Positions 12,401-26,564 of a stretch of 64,000 nucleotides of DNA are shown piece by piece. The notes under the pieces are model-generated. The model had not been told where the DNA came from, made no database searches, and saw only the letters and a list, made by a program, of their open reading frames with translations. Position numbers and translations under genes: made by a program. Where the stretch lies: the NCBI GenBank assembly GCA_030704615.1, contig CM060731.1, forward strand, positions 29,760,001-29,824,000, read 5' to 3'. Numbering within the stretch: position 1 is the stretch's first letter; each line of letters opens with the position of its first letter. This DNA comes from Takakia lepidozioides (lineage: Eukaryota; Plantae; Bryophyta).

Positions 12401-15400
12401 TGAGTAGAACAACACAGTAGAACCACACATAGAACGATTCAGCATCCTTAAGCTCTAGGCCTGAAAGAAAGTGCCTAATTGCTGCTACATTCGAGCAAAG
12501 AAACGTAGAATAAATGCAACAGCACTTGTGAGACAATCAGTCCATAAGCCAGCCAGGGATGACCACCAATTTGAGCAACTTAACCACAAGATCAAGAGAT
12601 CTACCTTTGTGCCAAAGCCCATAATGAAAGGTGTGTAGCAGTGAGTGTTGGGCTCCACACCAAGCTTCTTCATTTCTGGGAACAAACCATACGCCTTCTC
12701 CATCTGCCTAATTCCCAAGGGCACAGTCCCACCAACACCAGTCAGTAATATGCAAAATACATCCCTACATGTTTCTCACTGTAATATTCTGAGGTAAGCA
12801 CCACCCTAAAAGGAAGCGGAGAGGTGCTTATGAGACAAATCCAAAGAGATATGTAATCAGAACACAATATGGAAGGGGAGGTGGGTGTTTAGACACAGCA
12901 TATCTGAGTAGCCACAGTTCAAATAGGAAACAAGAGAACAGACCTTGGTTTACCATCTACCAAAGGAACAACAAACAACTCAACAGACAACTCGTGGTCT
13001 CAGGGAGAGCACTCACAATTGAGCCAAACAACTTTCTGTGTCTGTCTGCAGGAGAGAAGAAAACAAAGAGGAGGGAGAAGAAAAGGGAGGCCCAGGGGGT
13101 GTATGCGACACCCCACGGAACCAAAACTGATTTTCAGAGATGAGGGGGAGGGCAGAGAAAGTAGTAGACTAACATCGCCAAGCTTTACACAAGCCGTGAT
13201 GAGAGAACTGTAGGTCCACACAGTTGGATTCACACCCAACCTGCGCATGCCCTCCTTCATTTCAAATGCCTGCTCCCAGTCAACAAACCCTCACTGTCAA
13301 AGGCTCTTCTCGGTGTGCAAGAGGACCCCACCTCCAAACATGGTCTCAATTTTAGTACATGAGGCGGTTTTCGAAGTCTTTTTTGTAAGTATATTATGCT
13401 TCCTCTTCTTTTTCTTTTTCTTCTTCTCCTCCTCCTCAGTCTCTCTCCCTCTCAATGTTTTTTGTTTGTTTCTAAAGAGGAAAGGGGCAAGACTCTTGAT
13501 AAAGTTTGATCATCAGCTTAATAATCAAAGACCAGAAGAGCCACAAGGCAAGGTCGGGTGTGAGCACTACAGCTGTCATCCCAGCAAGGGGTCTATAGCC
13601 ACAAGGCTACAACACACAACTTTCCGTCAAGTGCTGACATACCTCTTCAACCATGGTCCACCTAGAAAACTCCCGGATGAAAGGATTGAACGAGAAAGGC
13701 GATAACTCCAACCCCCTCTCCTGCATCTCATCTAATAAATCCAGACCTCGCCACACCTGCCATTATAGCAGCACATAGCGCGTGTTACAAAATCCTCAAA
13801 CACTAGAGTGAGCAGCAAACACCTTTCTAGTTTTAGTGATGAAGTATTACCTCAGTTTTGGAGCATTCCTAGAAAAGATGGAGAAAAAACTTGTTCCTGC
13901 ACTAAGGTGTTCACAGGTGTTGGCTATGAGGGTACTGATAATGTCTTGGTATGGAGGAGCACTTGCACAAAGAGACCTTACTTCGCCCTGTTTGCAAGCA
14001 AAGTCGATGAGGATGTTGAAGACAGACTCTGTTGCCGTCACCTGGCATCCCTCCTCCACCTCTCTAATTGCCCTGACTGCATCATCCAACTGCATATCAA
14101 GAATGCAATAAGCACTTTTTAGTCAAGGTTTCTTTGGACCACTCATCCCACTTGATAAGTTTTGCGTACCAATTCATCTTCCACTAAACTGAGTCCATTG
14201 CTCATCTCCTGGGGAAATATACAACAAATGCTAAACTTCACTTCCATCCTCCCTCCCTCGAAGTACAAATAGAAATGTACTACATGTTTGACAAGCATAC
14301 CTTGTGACTTTTTGCATAGGGGAGGATGAACGCATTCAAATAGTAGCCCAGTTGCTTCTGACTTTCACCTGTCCCAATTTATTCACACAAGAATCAAACA
14401 GCACCGTTCATCAGGCATGTTACTAGGCAACTACAAGGCCACATGCTCTACACTGTAAATCCATAAGTAAACATACAGATGGGGCATAACGGTGAGGAAC
14501 TGCCCATCTGCTGGGCCTCCATGTCTTGTCAGGCAAAGATCCTGAGTCTAGATCGCACTTCAGCTAGGCCAATCTATGGCAGAAGTTCAAAAACTGGATC
14601 TTCCACTCATTCACCTATCCCTTGCCCAGAGAAACAGAACCAAATAGCACTGCCAAATGTTGAAGGGAAAATAATTTTAAAAGCTCAGCGCACATGCCAA
14701 CAAAGTATGGGAATATCTTCAGTGTAGTTGTACACATACTGCTTGGACTAAGCCAAGATAGAAAGAGCAGCTTATTTTTTATCTTCCGTGTAGATGAGAA
14801 AACTGATAAATAGGTGCTGAGGCTAACATACCCTTCTTTTTCAACGTAGAGAAACACTGCAAGGCAGCCTTCCATTGGCCATGCTTTCCCAGACACTGGA
14901 AGGCAGTGGACACGCTAGCATTCGAGATCACTGAGGGTAGAACTTTGGGAAGTAGCCCTAGCAGCTCTCCGACTCCATCATTCTTTGCAAACGTCGTCAC
15001 GAACCAGGCTAACCCCATCATGTATGCCGTGTACCCCCATAAATCATGCCTGCCCCATCAGTCTCCCTCTATTTCAACCTTCAACTGATCAGCCATTTCC
15101 TTTCCCTCTCTCTCATCGAAGAAACTATGGCAGTGAAACACAGGCAAATACTTAGCACATGTGCTGCATTTAAGGGCGAGTACGATCAGCATCATGTATG
15201 TTCTATAAACTCGATGCAACCTCTTATATCGACTTCCAAACATGCCTCCCCACCCCTATAACCAGACTTACATCCCATAGGGCAACTGAGTAACTCCGGA
15301 CGTGTTTATGTCCTGAATGGACTCTGGCTTGATTATGTCAGATCCATGTTCACAGGGAGCTGTCAATGAATACATCTCTCTACCCTCCATTCACCAAACA

Positions 15401-17569
15401 CTGCAATCTCTTTTCAGAATAGTTGTGTTGCCTATCTCTCTAACTCCTAGGGCAACAACAAAAGCACTTATGAGACTGCAACTGCAACACACTACTATGT
15501 GCAATAACGTCCGAAGTCCAAACCCATGTGGCCAAGAGGTCACTTGCATATCTGGGTGGGCCATGTAGATACTCAAAATATAGCTCCCAGGGTTCATTTT
15601 CAGAAAAAGGGCCACAGCTACGATAACACAAGCATAACTCACCATCCAGTGAAGTCGCCTTTATCAAGTTTTCCTTCTTAGCTGCAATGTAAAGTTTTGT
15701 GGCCTGATCAACCTCACCCTTCCGCAGCAACAGCCGAATCTCATAATATTTGAACACCCCCTGAAATGGTACTCCATCCTCCTTCATATACTTTGAAAGC
15801 TCACGAAACTGAGTAGCCCTTCCCATTGATGCAAGCCAAACCATAATCGGTTTGTAGGTCAGCTCGTTGGGCACGATTCCCTTTCCCCTCATTTCCAGTA
15901 AAAGCTCCATCGCTCTTGAGGCCAAGGCTTCTCTGTTTGTGACATCCACTAGGCTATACTGTCCAGCATCAGATTGTGGAGCAGTTGAGGCCGGTTCTCC
16001 ATCCTGCACTCACGCACATTTGTTAGGAAACAGTGCAGTAGCATGATTCCTTAGCAAAACCACACCTTCAAAAACACACACAAGCCTGCCAAACACATGT
16101 AGGGATGGTTACAAGACCAACCTATGGGCAACCTATGGGATTCATTGGCAAACTACAAAGGTCCATTGCAATACGAGGAGTACGACCGTGACTCCCATAC
16201 TCTTAGGAAGGGACGAGAGGTATCTGGTATGTGCATAAGAGGATGTATGTGTATTCTAGGGGAAAAAACCATCTGTCAGCAACATTAGTACTCCCAACAT
16301 CTCATGGCATAGAAAGCCCACAAAAATTCACAATATCAAAGAGGCAGCCAAATGCAACACTCTCTTATCCCCTTCTTCATTTGTTATAGAAGCATGATGC
16401 AGTAAATTGTCATGGGTGCAGTGTATGCATCTCATTAACCTGGTGCAACATTGTAGACTATACCTTCCCTGCCATATCTATGAGTGCTCGAATCACAATT
16501 GTGTAGGGTACAACATTGGGAGTCACCCCAGCCTGCAACATTCGTTCGAACACTGGAAGGACAGACTCAGGCCCAAGCTGCCGCACACAGAGTGTCATTA
16601 AGCGAGAGTACATGAAAACATCCATCTGTTTCTTAATCTCCCCTGCTTTCCTTCCTCCCAGGTCGTCATGAAGTGCCAGCATATCCGTCAATCTCTTTCT
16701 CTTCACCAGGTTGAACAGCTTCCTTATGCCCAACACTTGGAGGGCGCCACCCTTAGGATTGGATAATTGGTGTCCAGTAAAGTGAGTCCCCGCACTCTTT
16801 GTTTTCTTGGGAACCTTTTGAGGGGACCCATTTACATGTTTGTTGACCTGAACTCTGTTGGAAAGTGCAACAGTGCTGATACAACTGTCGGTATCATCTT
16901 GATCTACACAAATACCAAAGACCACAACATTGTATAACTGCTCTAGCGGGCAGGAGAAAAAAATCTGAGACCTCCCCAAACTCATCGTTCATACATGCAA
17001 TTTAATGGAGACAGTTTGGAATGCATGGCGTTAGTATCCGAGATCATAGGCTCTATGATCCTGAACCTGCCGAGTGTCATCACTTCACCCCTTGACATGC
17101 AGCCAGCTGGCTTTGGGTATCGGGCAATTTGATGCAGAATATAAGGGATTCCCCTGCTTCCTGCCTATGAAGGAAAAAGGAATTGGTAACCAAATTGCAG
17201 TGATTCTAGGACTTCGAGTCCAACAAGACGAACAAGAAAATGAAAAGGTACTCGACCAGGCGTCAGGGTTTAGGGTTTAAGGTTTTGCTCAAGGTTTAAT
17301 CCAATCACATTTGTGAAGCAATTTATGCACCATAGAAGCAGGGTCTGAATGACGGCTGACTCTATCACCCATGCAATGAAGACAATCTAGAATTGACCTT
17401 GCTACCCTTAGTCTTGAGAACTCAAATGTAATCCAGCCCCAAAATCACACGAACCTGAAGGCCATGGAGATTCAGCCAAAGCATGAGAGTAAGCACGAGA
17501 CACGGAGAAGAGAAGGCGGTCGGACACAGAGGCAGTGCGCAACGCACGCACCAAGCGGGTGACCGTCAT
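3494..17569 (-). CDS. Intron-rich P-class pentatricopeptide repeat protein, probably mitochondrial; exon boundaries approximate
   Basis: Many short minus-strand exons with PPR motifs (VFERMLQAGVTPNVVPYTIVIRAL; LLEMRGKGIVPNELTYKPIM; MRRLGVNPTVWTYSSLITAC; EMKKLGVEPNTHCYTPFI; EMELAGVKPDIDTYRLLI; ALYEEIKRKGVLPHAYAVGIL). Putative first exon 17569-17455 encodes the R/S/L-rich transit-like peptide MTVTRLVRALRTASVSDRLLFSVSRAYS. Stop at 3494. Confidence 0.8.
5681..5734 (+). mobile_element. 54-bp 5'-truncated copy of the LINE at 6719-11556
   Basis: Identical to 11503-11556 (GGGCGCGGGGTCAATGGCCAC...TTATGAGTACAA) and flanked by a perfect 19-bp TSD TCTGTATTCATTTGCAACT (5662-5680 / 5735-5753). Confidence 0.92.
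7513..7910 (+). repeat. About three diverged ~140-bp tandem repeats in the LINE 5'/ORF1 region
   Basis: Recurring TGCCCCTAAGTGT...TGAAAGGATTGG...CTCAARGTYTACACAAGACGARCAAA...GGTTAATT units. Confidence 0.65.
9835..11550 (+). CDS. LINE ORF2, intact distal part: reverse transcriptase + CCHC-type finger
   Basis: FLDVKKAYDTV, GVAQGCTLSPLLF, MFADD, YTYLGV, CPLCGQSEDSIHFLIHC in the 571-aa ORF. Confidence 0.92.
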   Translation: MDHIFTLSQIIQGRKKEGKPTYVFFLDVKKAYDTVWRDGLWFRLWSCGIKGKMWRVVHNLYAHTKSCVTVNGQKSNFFDIDQGVAQGCTLSPLLFNVFINQLLEDVESEGFGLRVGDTTIPALMFADDFAGIGETPTNLQELIDCAKRYFDLWGLEANVSKCAVVAFNDRGEGGSDLKWQWGSQEIPVLPSYTYLGVEFSSNCNWDAHIRKVVQTGKGKALGLTKFFHCRGVNSEVKKTMLCRVIRPALEYGSAIWVDNSNQAKSLESIQVGVLKECMSACSKTANVAVRGEFGIPSLSSRRDEFKVRWWGQLQHMPNTRYPKLIDSISWKQDRPVKQAKSWQKRVEEILKDLDLDPQVLTLLDKSDLEAVVSSAMSVAMRLSDENEVRQKTSLNLFPVCDMGEDILDDLKGLPTLGTRLKFKLRAGSLPLNSKQKQRGKGECNCPLCGQSEDSIHFLIHCPGFSHQRDALFKSIKGIVPVPLFTNFESLEAEPKAQALLRPSFWANHTQQIDACVKGFLEDIWKTRINSLYGGKSYYQRQPLTEVGSVPFVPAQTGRGVNGHKATANNVL

Positions 17570-19993
17570 CTCCCACCACTCCTTGCATCCGCCCCTGAGC
17601 TCCCCGTCCGCTTCCCCCTCCCTATCTCCTTAGTACGTCTTCTAAACTACTGAAGGATCATCTGCCTCAGCGCAGGGCTGCAATGCAAGCACACTGATCA
17701 CTACGCCATCTTCGCCTCCCTCCTCTCGGAAATCTCGACATCACCACGAAGGTTTATGGTGGATGACCCCAGGGTTTAGGGCTCAGGGTTTAGTAGAAGA
17801 GTCGTTACTTTTCCTTGGCATTGCGTGTTTCCACTGTTCCCAGCGTTGGGAAGGAGCCCGAGTGTTTTCAAGTTTCATCCCATACACTAGCAACCATCTC
17901 TTCACGCTTGTGATGAAGTATGGAGCTCTCATCACGTACACCAGTGAACATCATAACTGAGATGATAGCCACAATCACATGATATACGTATCCAATACGC
18001 CCACTTGAAACGCCAAGAGTGGGGGGTCATAGAGGCTTACAAATACATTGTACAGATGAAACCTTCCTCCCCTGTATTGCCTCATGGGCCCCCACGAGGT
18101 TGTTTTTTCCTCGTTTCTTAATTTGATAAACAGGGCTAAGATCCCTTTTGGTAAAACAAAGAAAAAGAAAAACAATTCAAAGAGTGGCGTGATGTACAGG
18201 AGCATAAAATAGTAACTTAGGTCTACGCAAGTGAATGGAGAGGTGATAAGATGAATGGACACAAAATTTAGATACTGGAGTGGTATAAATAAATAGAAGT
18301 GAGTAGTTTTGTTTGATCTGGTGTAAATATATAGTAGTTGTTTGGGTGATACCGTGATACATATATCCGGGTCTGGTATTCGATAAGATCATTGCAGACC
18401 TTAAAATAATAAGAGCAATTTTGTTGTACCAAAATTCCTGAGTAGATATTTTAAATCAAAGAAGTATTTTCTTGAAGTCACCATAAATACAATTGTATTC
18501 TGGGCGGTATCCTATTCCTTCGCCTCATGGCAGGTTACTGTGAAAGAGGTTATTTTCTCCTCTCACTATTAAGGGGCCTGATTTGTGAGCTGTCGCTCCC
18601 AGGTGTTTCCCTTTTAAAATAAAATAAAATAAAATAAATTGAAAGTGCCTCTAGAACAATTGAGTGGTTGCAAAATTTTATTCAATTTTAGATGGAATCA
18701 ATCCCATTAGTAGCAGGCTAAGAAGTCTAATCTCCCAAGTCATCAAAATATCCAGCCTTTGCAATTCATCTTCTTGACCAAATCAGCCTCTGAAGTAAGA
18801 TTTACAGCCACTACACTGGACATTGAAGAAGCGCCCCCCACCTGTGCTATACAGCAAATACTCAAGGGACTTCGCCACACCAAGGGGGAAGTACTACAAA
18901 GGTACATTAATGAATTCCATACTAGTATGGTAAAAGCCAGGGTATTAATTTGGGACTTACTGGGGCAACTTGTCCACTTACTGGGGGCAACTTGTGCATA
19001 GCCGTGGTATTTCTCTTGGTTGATATCAGGCTGGTAGGGTCCTTGATACCATTGCATATACCTATGCACATACCAGGGAATACCCTATATACTGGTACAA
19101 CACTGATTCGAACCACAATAAATAAATAAAATAAAATAAAATTGAAAAGGAAAGTGCCAACAAGATCAGCATATGGACACAGCAGTTTGGGAGTGCCATT
19201 TGCCTTCAAGAACAGAATTAACCACCAAATTATGGAAGCTCCAGCTGGACAGTTGCATCAGACCAGGTACTGGCAACTTTTGAAGGTGCAATTTATAAGG
19301 GATCGGCAACGTCAATGTTGTTCTCCACTATGTTCAGCTACATGCCTAATAACAAAACAAGAGACCATGGGAAACACCGTGGGGAAAGAGGGAGTGAAGG
19401 AAAGGCGAGGGAAAGAAAAAAGGCTTTTGCTTGGTTTCCCTTTCTATTTTTGTCTAGTATTTGTCTATTAACTATCCTCTCCACATGCCCAGTTGAAAAG
19501 AGCTTGCAGAAACACATTATTTAACAGATGTAAGAAACAATAATAAGCTCCAGATAAAAGGAAGATATATTTTGCTGAGCCTACTGAGACCCTGATACAT
19601 CAACCACACATATGGGTAGCACACGGACCAATATACCTCTATCAGTATACCTTCCTATCGGTACCCCAACATTACCAACCCTGATGTGCGGAAAACTCTT
19701 ACTAAGAATCTCACAACACAAGTGGGCCAGTGTTGGAAGTGGGTCGACCACCTGCAAACCATAGCCATCCAACGACGCCATTCATCCTCTAACCGCAGGC
19801 AACGAGAGTAGAATTTCCAAAGCATAACCTACACAGATGAGCATTGTCTCGGGTTATGGCCAAGTCACACCCTGGGTGAGGCCGTACAGCACACATCACA
19901 CCGGATCCACTCCTCACACAGAGTATCACTGACAGCAAGAGCAAGGGAGGGACAGCGAACTGTACAGAGATATTGCAAGCACTCTGAATGTGT

Positions 19994-22900
19994 TTAGTCC
20001 TCAAAATCGTTGGCATTTTCCAAAAGGTAGTTGGCCGCCAGTTGCTCATTCTTGTCACATGCCAGAAATGCCTCAATCACCAGCGCCCGCTCAAATCCCA
20101 TTGCCTCCAGCTGTGAAGGCAAACAACGCATCAACTAAAACTTCTAATGCATCCTGTGATTCCTAAAATCCCCTTCCTTCGAAGTCCACTTCCATATGCA
20201 GTAGGTGCATGTCTCCACTGTGATACTCAGTACCTCGAGTATATTACTGAGCTGAGATTGCAAACGGCACAGTTGGCAAGTGTTGTATGAACAAAAGGGA
20301 TGAGAGAATACCCGGTCAATGGCTTCCCTCTCCTCAGGTGTGACATTAACTGATTGTGGCATTGCTCCTGCAAGCTGCCCTAAGATGTCCCTGCACTTTA
20401 CACAATCCACTCAGAAGTAATGCACAACGTCCCCCTTCCATGAAGAGGTGTCAAAGCCCTCCATAAATGAAGGCATTAAATGACTCTCACTAATCAATAA
20501 GTTAAACTCACAACAAACTGGACCATAGCATGTATTCAATCAGCTCACAAATGCTCCGGGACAACGGCTAACCCAAGCAACACCCTGGTAACAAAGCTGT
20601 AAGCAGTTTTCCTTTGACAAAGGACTCCACACAGGCACCTCTGAATAGTGATCCCTACAAGAAGCCACACCTGGTCTGGACACGAATCATTTGGACTGTC
20701 AAGATCAGCTAACATCTGCACATCCGAATGTAAGAGCACATATCTTTTAAGAAAGATACTACTACCAAAGCAAATTTGGTTCTAAACTCACCCTTCAGCA
20801 CCCTCACTGGGCTCATTGATGAGACGCAGAAACTCAGCCTGATTGTCATTGATAAGCCGCAACAAGGCGGGGTTTTGCTTCCCAAGCTCCTGCAACATTG
20901 GCTGTTGCGATCCATCCCCCGCTCCCCCCCCACCACCAAAAGCCCCAACAAAAATGGATCAACACAACCAACAACATACACTTTATATTTCAGTTGGCTA
21001 TTGCAAAACTTGTGCACACAACAACTGTGCATCACCTGAAGGAGTTATGGGCTTTGACATGATCATGACAATCAATCTCCATGCAGTGATTCAATTTGTC
21101 CAATGGAACCCAGACACTTATGAAGGCAAAAAGGCAGGTAAGCGAACCTGCAAGATTTGGGGATTGGCCTGAACCATTGTCCTCAATGCTTGAAACTGCC
21201 AAGCAATAACAATCAACCACAACTTATGGGCAAGAAACATTCCATATGGTAATTCAATTCACAGTGTACTTTACTGCTATCTATCTACCTCCCTTTCCAG
21301 CCCTGCCTCTAAGTACATCTCCACCACAAAAGTGAGGATGGTATTCCTGCAGAAAAGAGATTCATATATCATGGAAGGAAAGCCAACACATTCTGATATA
21401 TCAGAACTCACCTCAAGCAACACATCAGATATTATATTCACTTCCATACAAAAAACTGGCTCTCTTGTTTGCCACCAAAATTGAAACAGCGAGCATAACA
21501 TTGCAGCAGACAACTTTCTCTAAACACTGGAATCAAGGTCTCAAAAGGAATTACAGTACACCTGTGGGTTGTTTCTCAAAAAGTCTAGAGCGCCAGCCCC
21601 AGCTCCACCTCCACCAATACCAGGCATACCCTGCAAACAACAGTGCTACTACATCACTTGATTTTGTAGCAGCATGGCAAACATTCAGTTGAAAAGCAGA
21701 GGATGTGATAGATAAAACATAATCATCATTAAACCGTCAGACCTCCAATTTAATCACAGAAAGAAAGCTTGCCACTGCCAAAAAGAAACAGTAATGCCAA
21801 TGACTGGGGTCTGACAAATATTGGGGAGGCTTGGTGGCACCAACAACATGCGTAGGGTGCCTTGGGTGTGTCCTGTAAAATCCGTGTACATCCAATGAAG
21901 ACTCTCTTGCTCTTAGACCTATTCAGTTATGTAGCTTCGTGTGTCACATACGTCACAGGTAGAAGTCATATCATTGTCATGCTGTTTTAAATGATGTACA
22001 TGCAAGCTTAAATCAACATTCGCGTCATATCAAGGTTTCATATCAAGGTCTTGTCGTAAGTGCAGGAGTAAAGTAAGGTTGAACTCACTAGCATCCCATT
22101 GGTGGTTTCACCCCTTCACCCCAATTATGAGGACAATCGCTCACTTCTTACCAGGAAAGGTGAAACCTATCAGAACATTAAACCAAAAACCTCTACCACA
22201 CTCTCTCTCCAGACTACCTCATAATCAAGCACTAATTTCCCTGTAGCTAGATTGTCCTTGGCTATGTGCCATCGCTATGGAAATTTTGGACTAGTAGGCT
22301 GTACTGTATCCCACACTTAGATGATGCCCTTCACAGTCAAGTCACAGCCACCATTTTCAGGGATGGATCAAAGAGTACACCCATCCATAAACACTAACAA
22401 GACATTCTACAGGAGGGATGGTTCCATACCTGAGGGAAGAGATCCAAAGGTGCTGCATTTGGGCCCCCAGCAGGAGCTGCTTGAGCCGGAGCTACAGGGA
22501 CAGGTCCAGGCACAGGTCCAGGGGCAGGGGCAGTGGTCGGGGCCATCCCGGGAGCTGGGCCAGGAGCACGGGCTACAGGGACTGCCACCTCAGCTGCTTC
22601 TGGGATACCCTGAGTACAGCAAACAACATTAAGTTGATGAAGTCAATATGCCTAACAACCTTGTATTCCAATCTTGAGTTACAGACCTGTTCAGGCCTAC
22701 ATTGTCCACATTTGGGCACATAGTTAGTAGGAAAACAGGCACCTCCCAATAGTTAAAATTGTGATGCTGGGTACAAACAAATCCATGCCTTCTGGTTTAC
22801 AATGACTGATGGATAACATTAGTGAACCTCCAAAGGCCATACCACCCTCCAGCATGTACCTGTTAGAGGTCCCCGGATGACCATGTTTCCAAAAAGAAAC

Positions 22901-25900
22901 TCACAGTTGGTAGATCATTATCAGAGATTTTGTGTTCAACTTCTAAATGCTCTGTTTTGATATGGCTCAAAACTTTTTCATTGAGAACGAAGTCTCACCC
23001 TTTATGCATGTTATCACTTACTATGTTCTTGAAGATCATTTTGTTCCACAAGCTAGAGAGGAAATCACATCAAGAAGAAATTTCTCACAGAGTACAGATA
23101 TTCCACAGCCCGTTCAGGGTTGTTGAAAGCGGCACGCAATGCCCGCACAACAGTATCTCGATCCCAGCTACCTCCACCCATGTCCATAATCTGCTGAACG
23201 GTTTGCTCCAGATTAGTCCCAGCCACCAAATTTGAAGCAGCCTGCCCGTAAACATCCCCAACAGCCCTGCAACAACAGATTCCAAATCTTTAGTGCCACA
23301 AAATGCGACAGGGGATCCTTCACAGTGAACACCCAGGCCACTTTGAGCCACCGGTCCAACTCACTACATACCTAGGTATACTCGAGATTAATTTCTTTGC
23401 TCACAGCTGCTGTCATGTTCCCCGGGAGAGCGCCACTTACATTTGCTGCTATGAACAGCAGAATCTAACATGACCACGAGAGCTCTCTCTCTCTCTTTCC
23501 CAATGCCCAGAAGGCTACGACAAACAACGTCTTATGAGTACATTCTCTCTCCCCCCCCCCCCCCCAAAAGAAAACAGACTGATACTGATGCAATTGGCTC
23601 ATATCCACAAACCGTCACAGTTGAGAACATTTCAAGATGCTGTAAGGAAACACATACAATGAACCTCCAGCTGCTGGAGTTGGGGCTGCAGCAGGTGCAG
23701 GTGTCCTGTTTGTGGAACAAGAGGACCAGTCAGCTTTAAGCAGGACAGTTATCAGTATGGCTCTAGGTGAGAGTTCCAACTCCCCATGCAAGCAACAGCA
23801 ACAAGACATACTAATCCTTCATAATCGAACAAACTCTAAAGCTTAAGAGCGGTGCATTATATGTTACTGGATGGTGGAGTGACGACTTCCCACACCGAAG
23901 CAGAATGGACCTGTAGCAGCTTCAGCAGGTCTAAGTGTGACCACAATGACTGCAAGTCCCTGAAAGTCTCAACAACTGAAACATAGCATCGATAACAGAT
24001 TGTAGCCATCGAGTTGACAAAACAACAACACTTACAAGGAGACATGCTCAGCCGGAGATGCAGGGGCTGCAGGGCTTGGAGCAGGTGCTGGAGGGGGAGC
24101 AGCAGCAGGTGCCTAGAACGGGGATCACGCGAGTATTAATGATCATAAATACGGTACCAAGGGGAGATTAACTCTCTGCATAGCTCATTATCCTTGCTCA
24201 TCTGTACTAAAAGATATGTATCACTTGCACCGTCCTGAAGCCAAAAGGATTGACTTCACAAAGAGAGTGAATCTCCTTTTCCCAAAAGCAATCTTTTGAG
24301 ATCGTCAATTCACCATATGCCACATGCAATCAACAGCTTCTGTGGCCATTACACCCGAGAATGCACCTCAGGCCATTGAACCATACTAGACAAACAGTCC
24401 TCTTGCAAACAGGCCTTGCTGTGAGAATATTCATGAACAAGGTTATGTCCCTTGGTGACATAAATCCGCACATCCTCCATCACGTGTCAAAAGAACATAG
24501 CTACCATAACAAACAGCTGAATTCTAGTACAAAAGACTTAACTGTGTAGTTAGTTTCCAATAACTCTAACCTGTGCTTGTATTTCATTGAAGCAGTCAAT
24601 ATCCTTCAAAAACTGCCACAGTAACACACTTACTTGTGCAGTTCCAGATGATGACGGTGGCGGTGCAGCTGATGCCTTTGTCTGACAGAAAGAGATACCA
24701 AGTTCAATGTTATCCAGAGACTCAAGATAACAACCGTCGCAGCTAACCATATCACATACGAGTAGTTTGACATGAAAACAGAACTCAAGAATGATAGGGC
24801 ACAGCAAAAATCCATGGCCTGCCTTAAGTTGACACAGAAATAAGACAACCCTCCAGTAGCTATGATCAATTGGAAGACCAAACAACCTTGAAGGGCTACA
24901 GCAGTTCATCGATCCACTGGCAACCAGCTCATTACAATTGACAAGTAGACTTCCAAACTTTCTTCTTATTTAAGGGTTTCAACCCCTGCCTTTGTCTCCA
25001 ACACAGCATCAGTTTGAACGCATGAGCAGTGTCTTCATCTCTTAAGTCTGTAAAATAAGACCACAGTCTATTGTATGTCCGTCTGAGTCTGCTGAGCAAT
25101 GTACATTCACTACTGTAGAATGCATCTTCAATAGTGCATAAGCCTCACCTTGGTCAACATCACCACAAGAAATCCGTTTTCAGAGACCTTGTTGTCATGC
25201 ATGGTCGTGTCATCTTTAAGAACTTTTCCTTGATGAATCAGCAGCTGCTGCGCGCATGGAAAGGACTCCTTCCCCTGTGTGTTTTCTATCTGCCTCTTTA
25301 CGGAAATAACCTGACACAAGCAACTCATGATCATGTTGATTCTCCTCTATGTGCCAATGATGAACATTCTGAAAAACCATAGTTACGCCCTGTCAAATGC
25401 TGACTAAGGTGCATCAGCATAGCTTGTAAGGGTCATGACCTAATTCTTGCTTACAAGTCATGTGTTGAACCACTGTAATAGCAGAAGACTTTCACTTCCT
25501 CATTTCGCTCACCAGAGTATCCCTGTGGGTAATAGCGACCAGAACACTTTCTGATGAATGGACAAACCGTTTTTATGTTGGGACTGCTCCAAATGAAGAT
25601 TTTTAGAGACTACTACAACCAGTAACCTTCCATACAAAACTTTTGAAGAATAGTTATTGGTAATCAATGCTCATGTTTTTGCTTTTACAAGAGCTACCCT
25701 GCATATTTCAAAGACATCATCCAGCATTCATGCACTGGCTCAAAACTTTACTGCCACATGGTCGCATCCAGCCTCATTCTCACTATTCAACCTGACATAT
25801 CCAGCATATCACACCATGTCCTACTTAAAGAGGTCCCGAAAGAGCTTGCCGACCATGAAATGGAAAAACAAACGCTACAATTGAAAAAGATTGTCAATGG

Positions 25901-26564
25901 TCCAAACATGAAAGCAACTCACATAACCTAAAATTTGTGTTCGCAAACAGTGTCGATGCTCATTCAACCTCTCCAAAACACTGGACAACCTCCTTAACCC
26001 TAATGCCTACTAAAGTATCATTTCACCTTCTCCAACACTACCGAAACTTAAGCAGATGCATGACATACATACCAAACATGACCCCTACCTTCCAAATCCA
26101 TTTACTAGGAAAAGGACACTGCACAGCCGTCAAACAACTCCTCAGCTCTCAAGGACGTAAAGCCACTAACAGCACAGCCGTGAATTACCACAAACGGATG
26201 TAGACATACACCTTCATAATTCTCTGAAAATGGACGTCAATGTTCAAAAAGCACAAGCCTACAGAGCGCTTCCACCAGTCAACTTGGATGTCCAAAACAT
26301 GTAAGGTGCTGTGGATGTAGACGGATCACCCATACACAAGACCAGAAACTGCACAAACTCCTTCACTCACTGCGGTCACTTGCCACCTCCAGCTCCATAC
26401 GGAGAAGTTCGTTTGAACACGTTACATTTCTTTTGCAGTCGTCACACTACAGAAACCGAGGGTTGAGAAAGGGGGAGCAGAAAAGATGAGAGACATACAG
26501 TGTCAGTCGGACTGACGTCCAGATCAAAGTGATTTCCTTTTAGCGTTTTCACGGATATCTTCAT
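19994..26564 (-). CDS. RAD23: Ubiquitin receptor RAD23 (UBL-UBA-STI1-UBA), multi-exon
   Basis: [17 protein letters not shown]; [32 protein letters not shown]; UBA1 exon near 23080-23270; [13 protein letters not shown]; [13 protein letters not shown]; last exon [38 protein letters not shown]. Confidence 0.96.
23501..23543 (+). mobile_element. Older ~43-bp 3'-end fragment of the same LINE family in a RAD23 intron
   Basis: CAATGCCCAGAAGGCTACGACAAACAACGTCTTATGAGTACAT matches 11514-11556 with 4 mismatches and is flanked on both sides by (TC)n/C-rich tracts. Confidence 0.8.

Noticed and set aside
17266-17792. AGGGTTT(AG) telomere-like repeats
   Set aside because: Only 2-3 units each near a gene 5' end. 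These are ordinary telo-box-like motifs, not an interstitial telomere.
18920-19685. Possible small TIR element with a short internal tandem (CTTACTGGGGCAACTTGT x2)
   Set aside because: The terminal match is weak and I could not find a convincing TSD.
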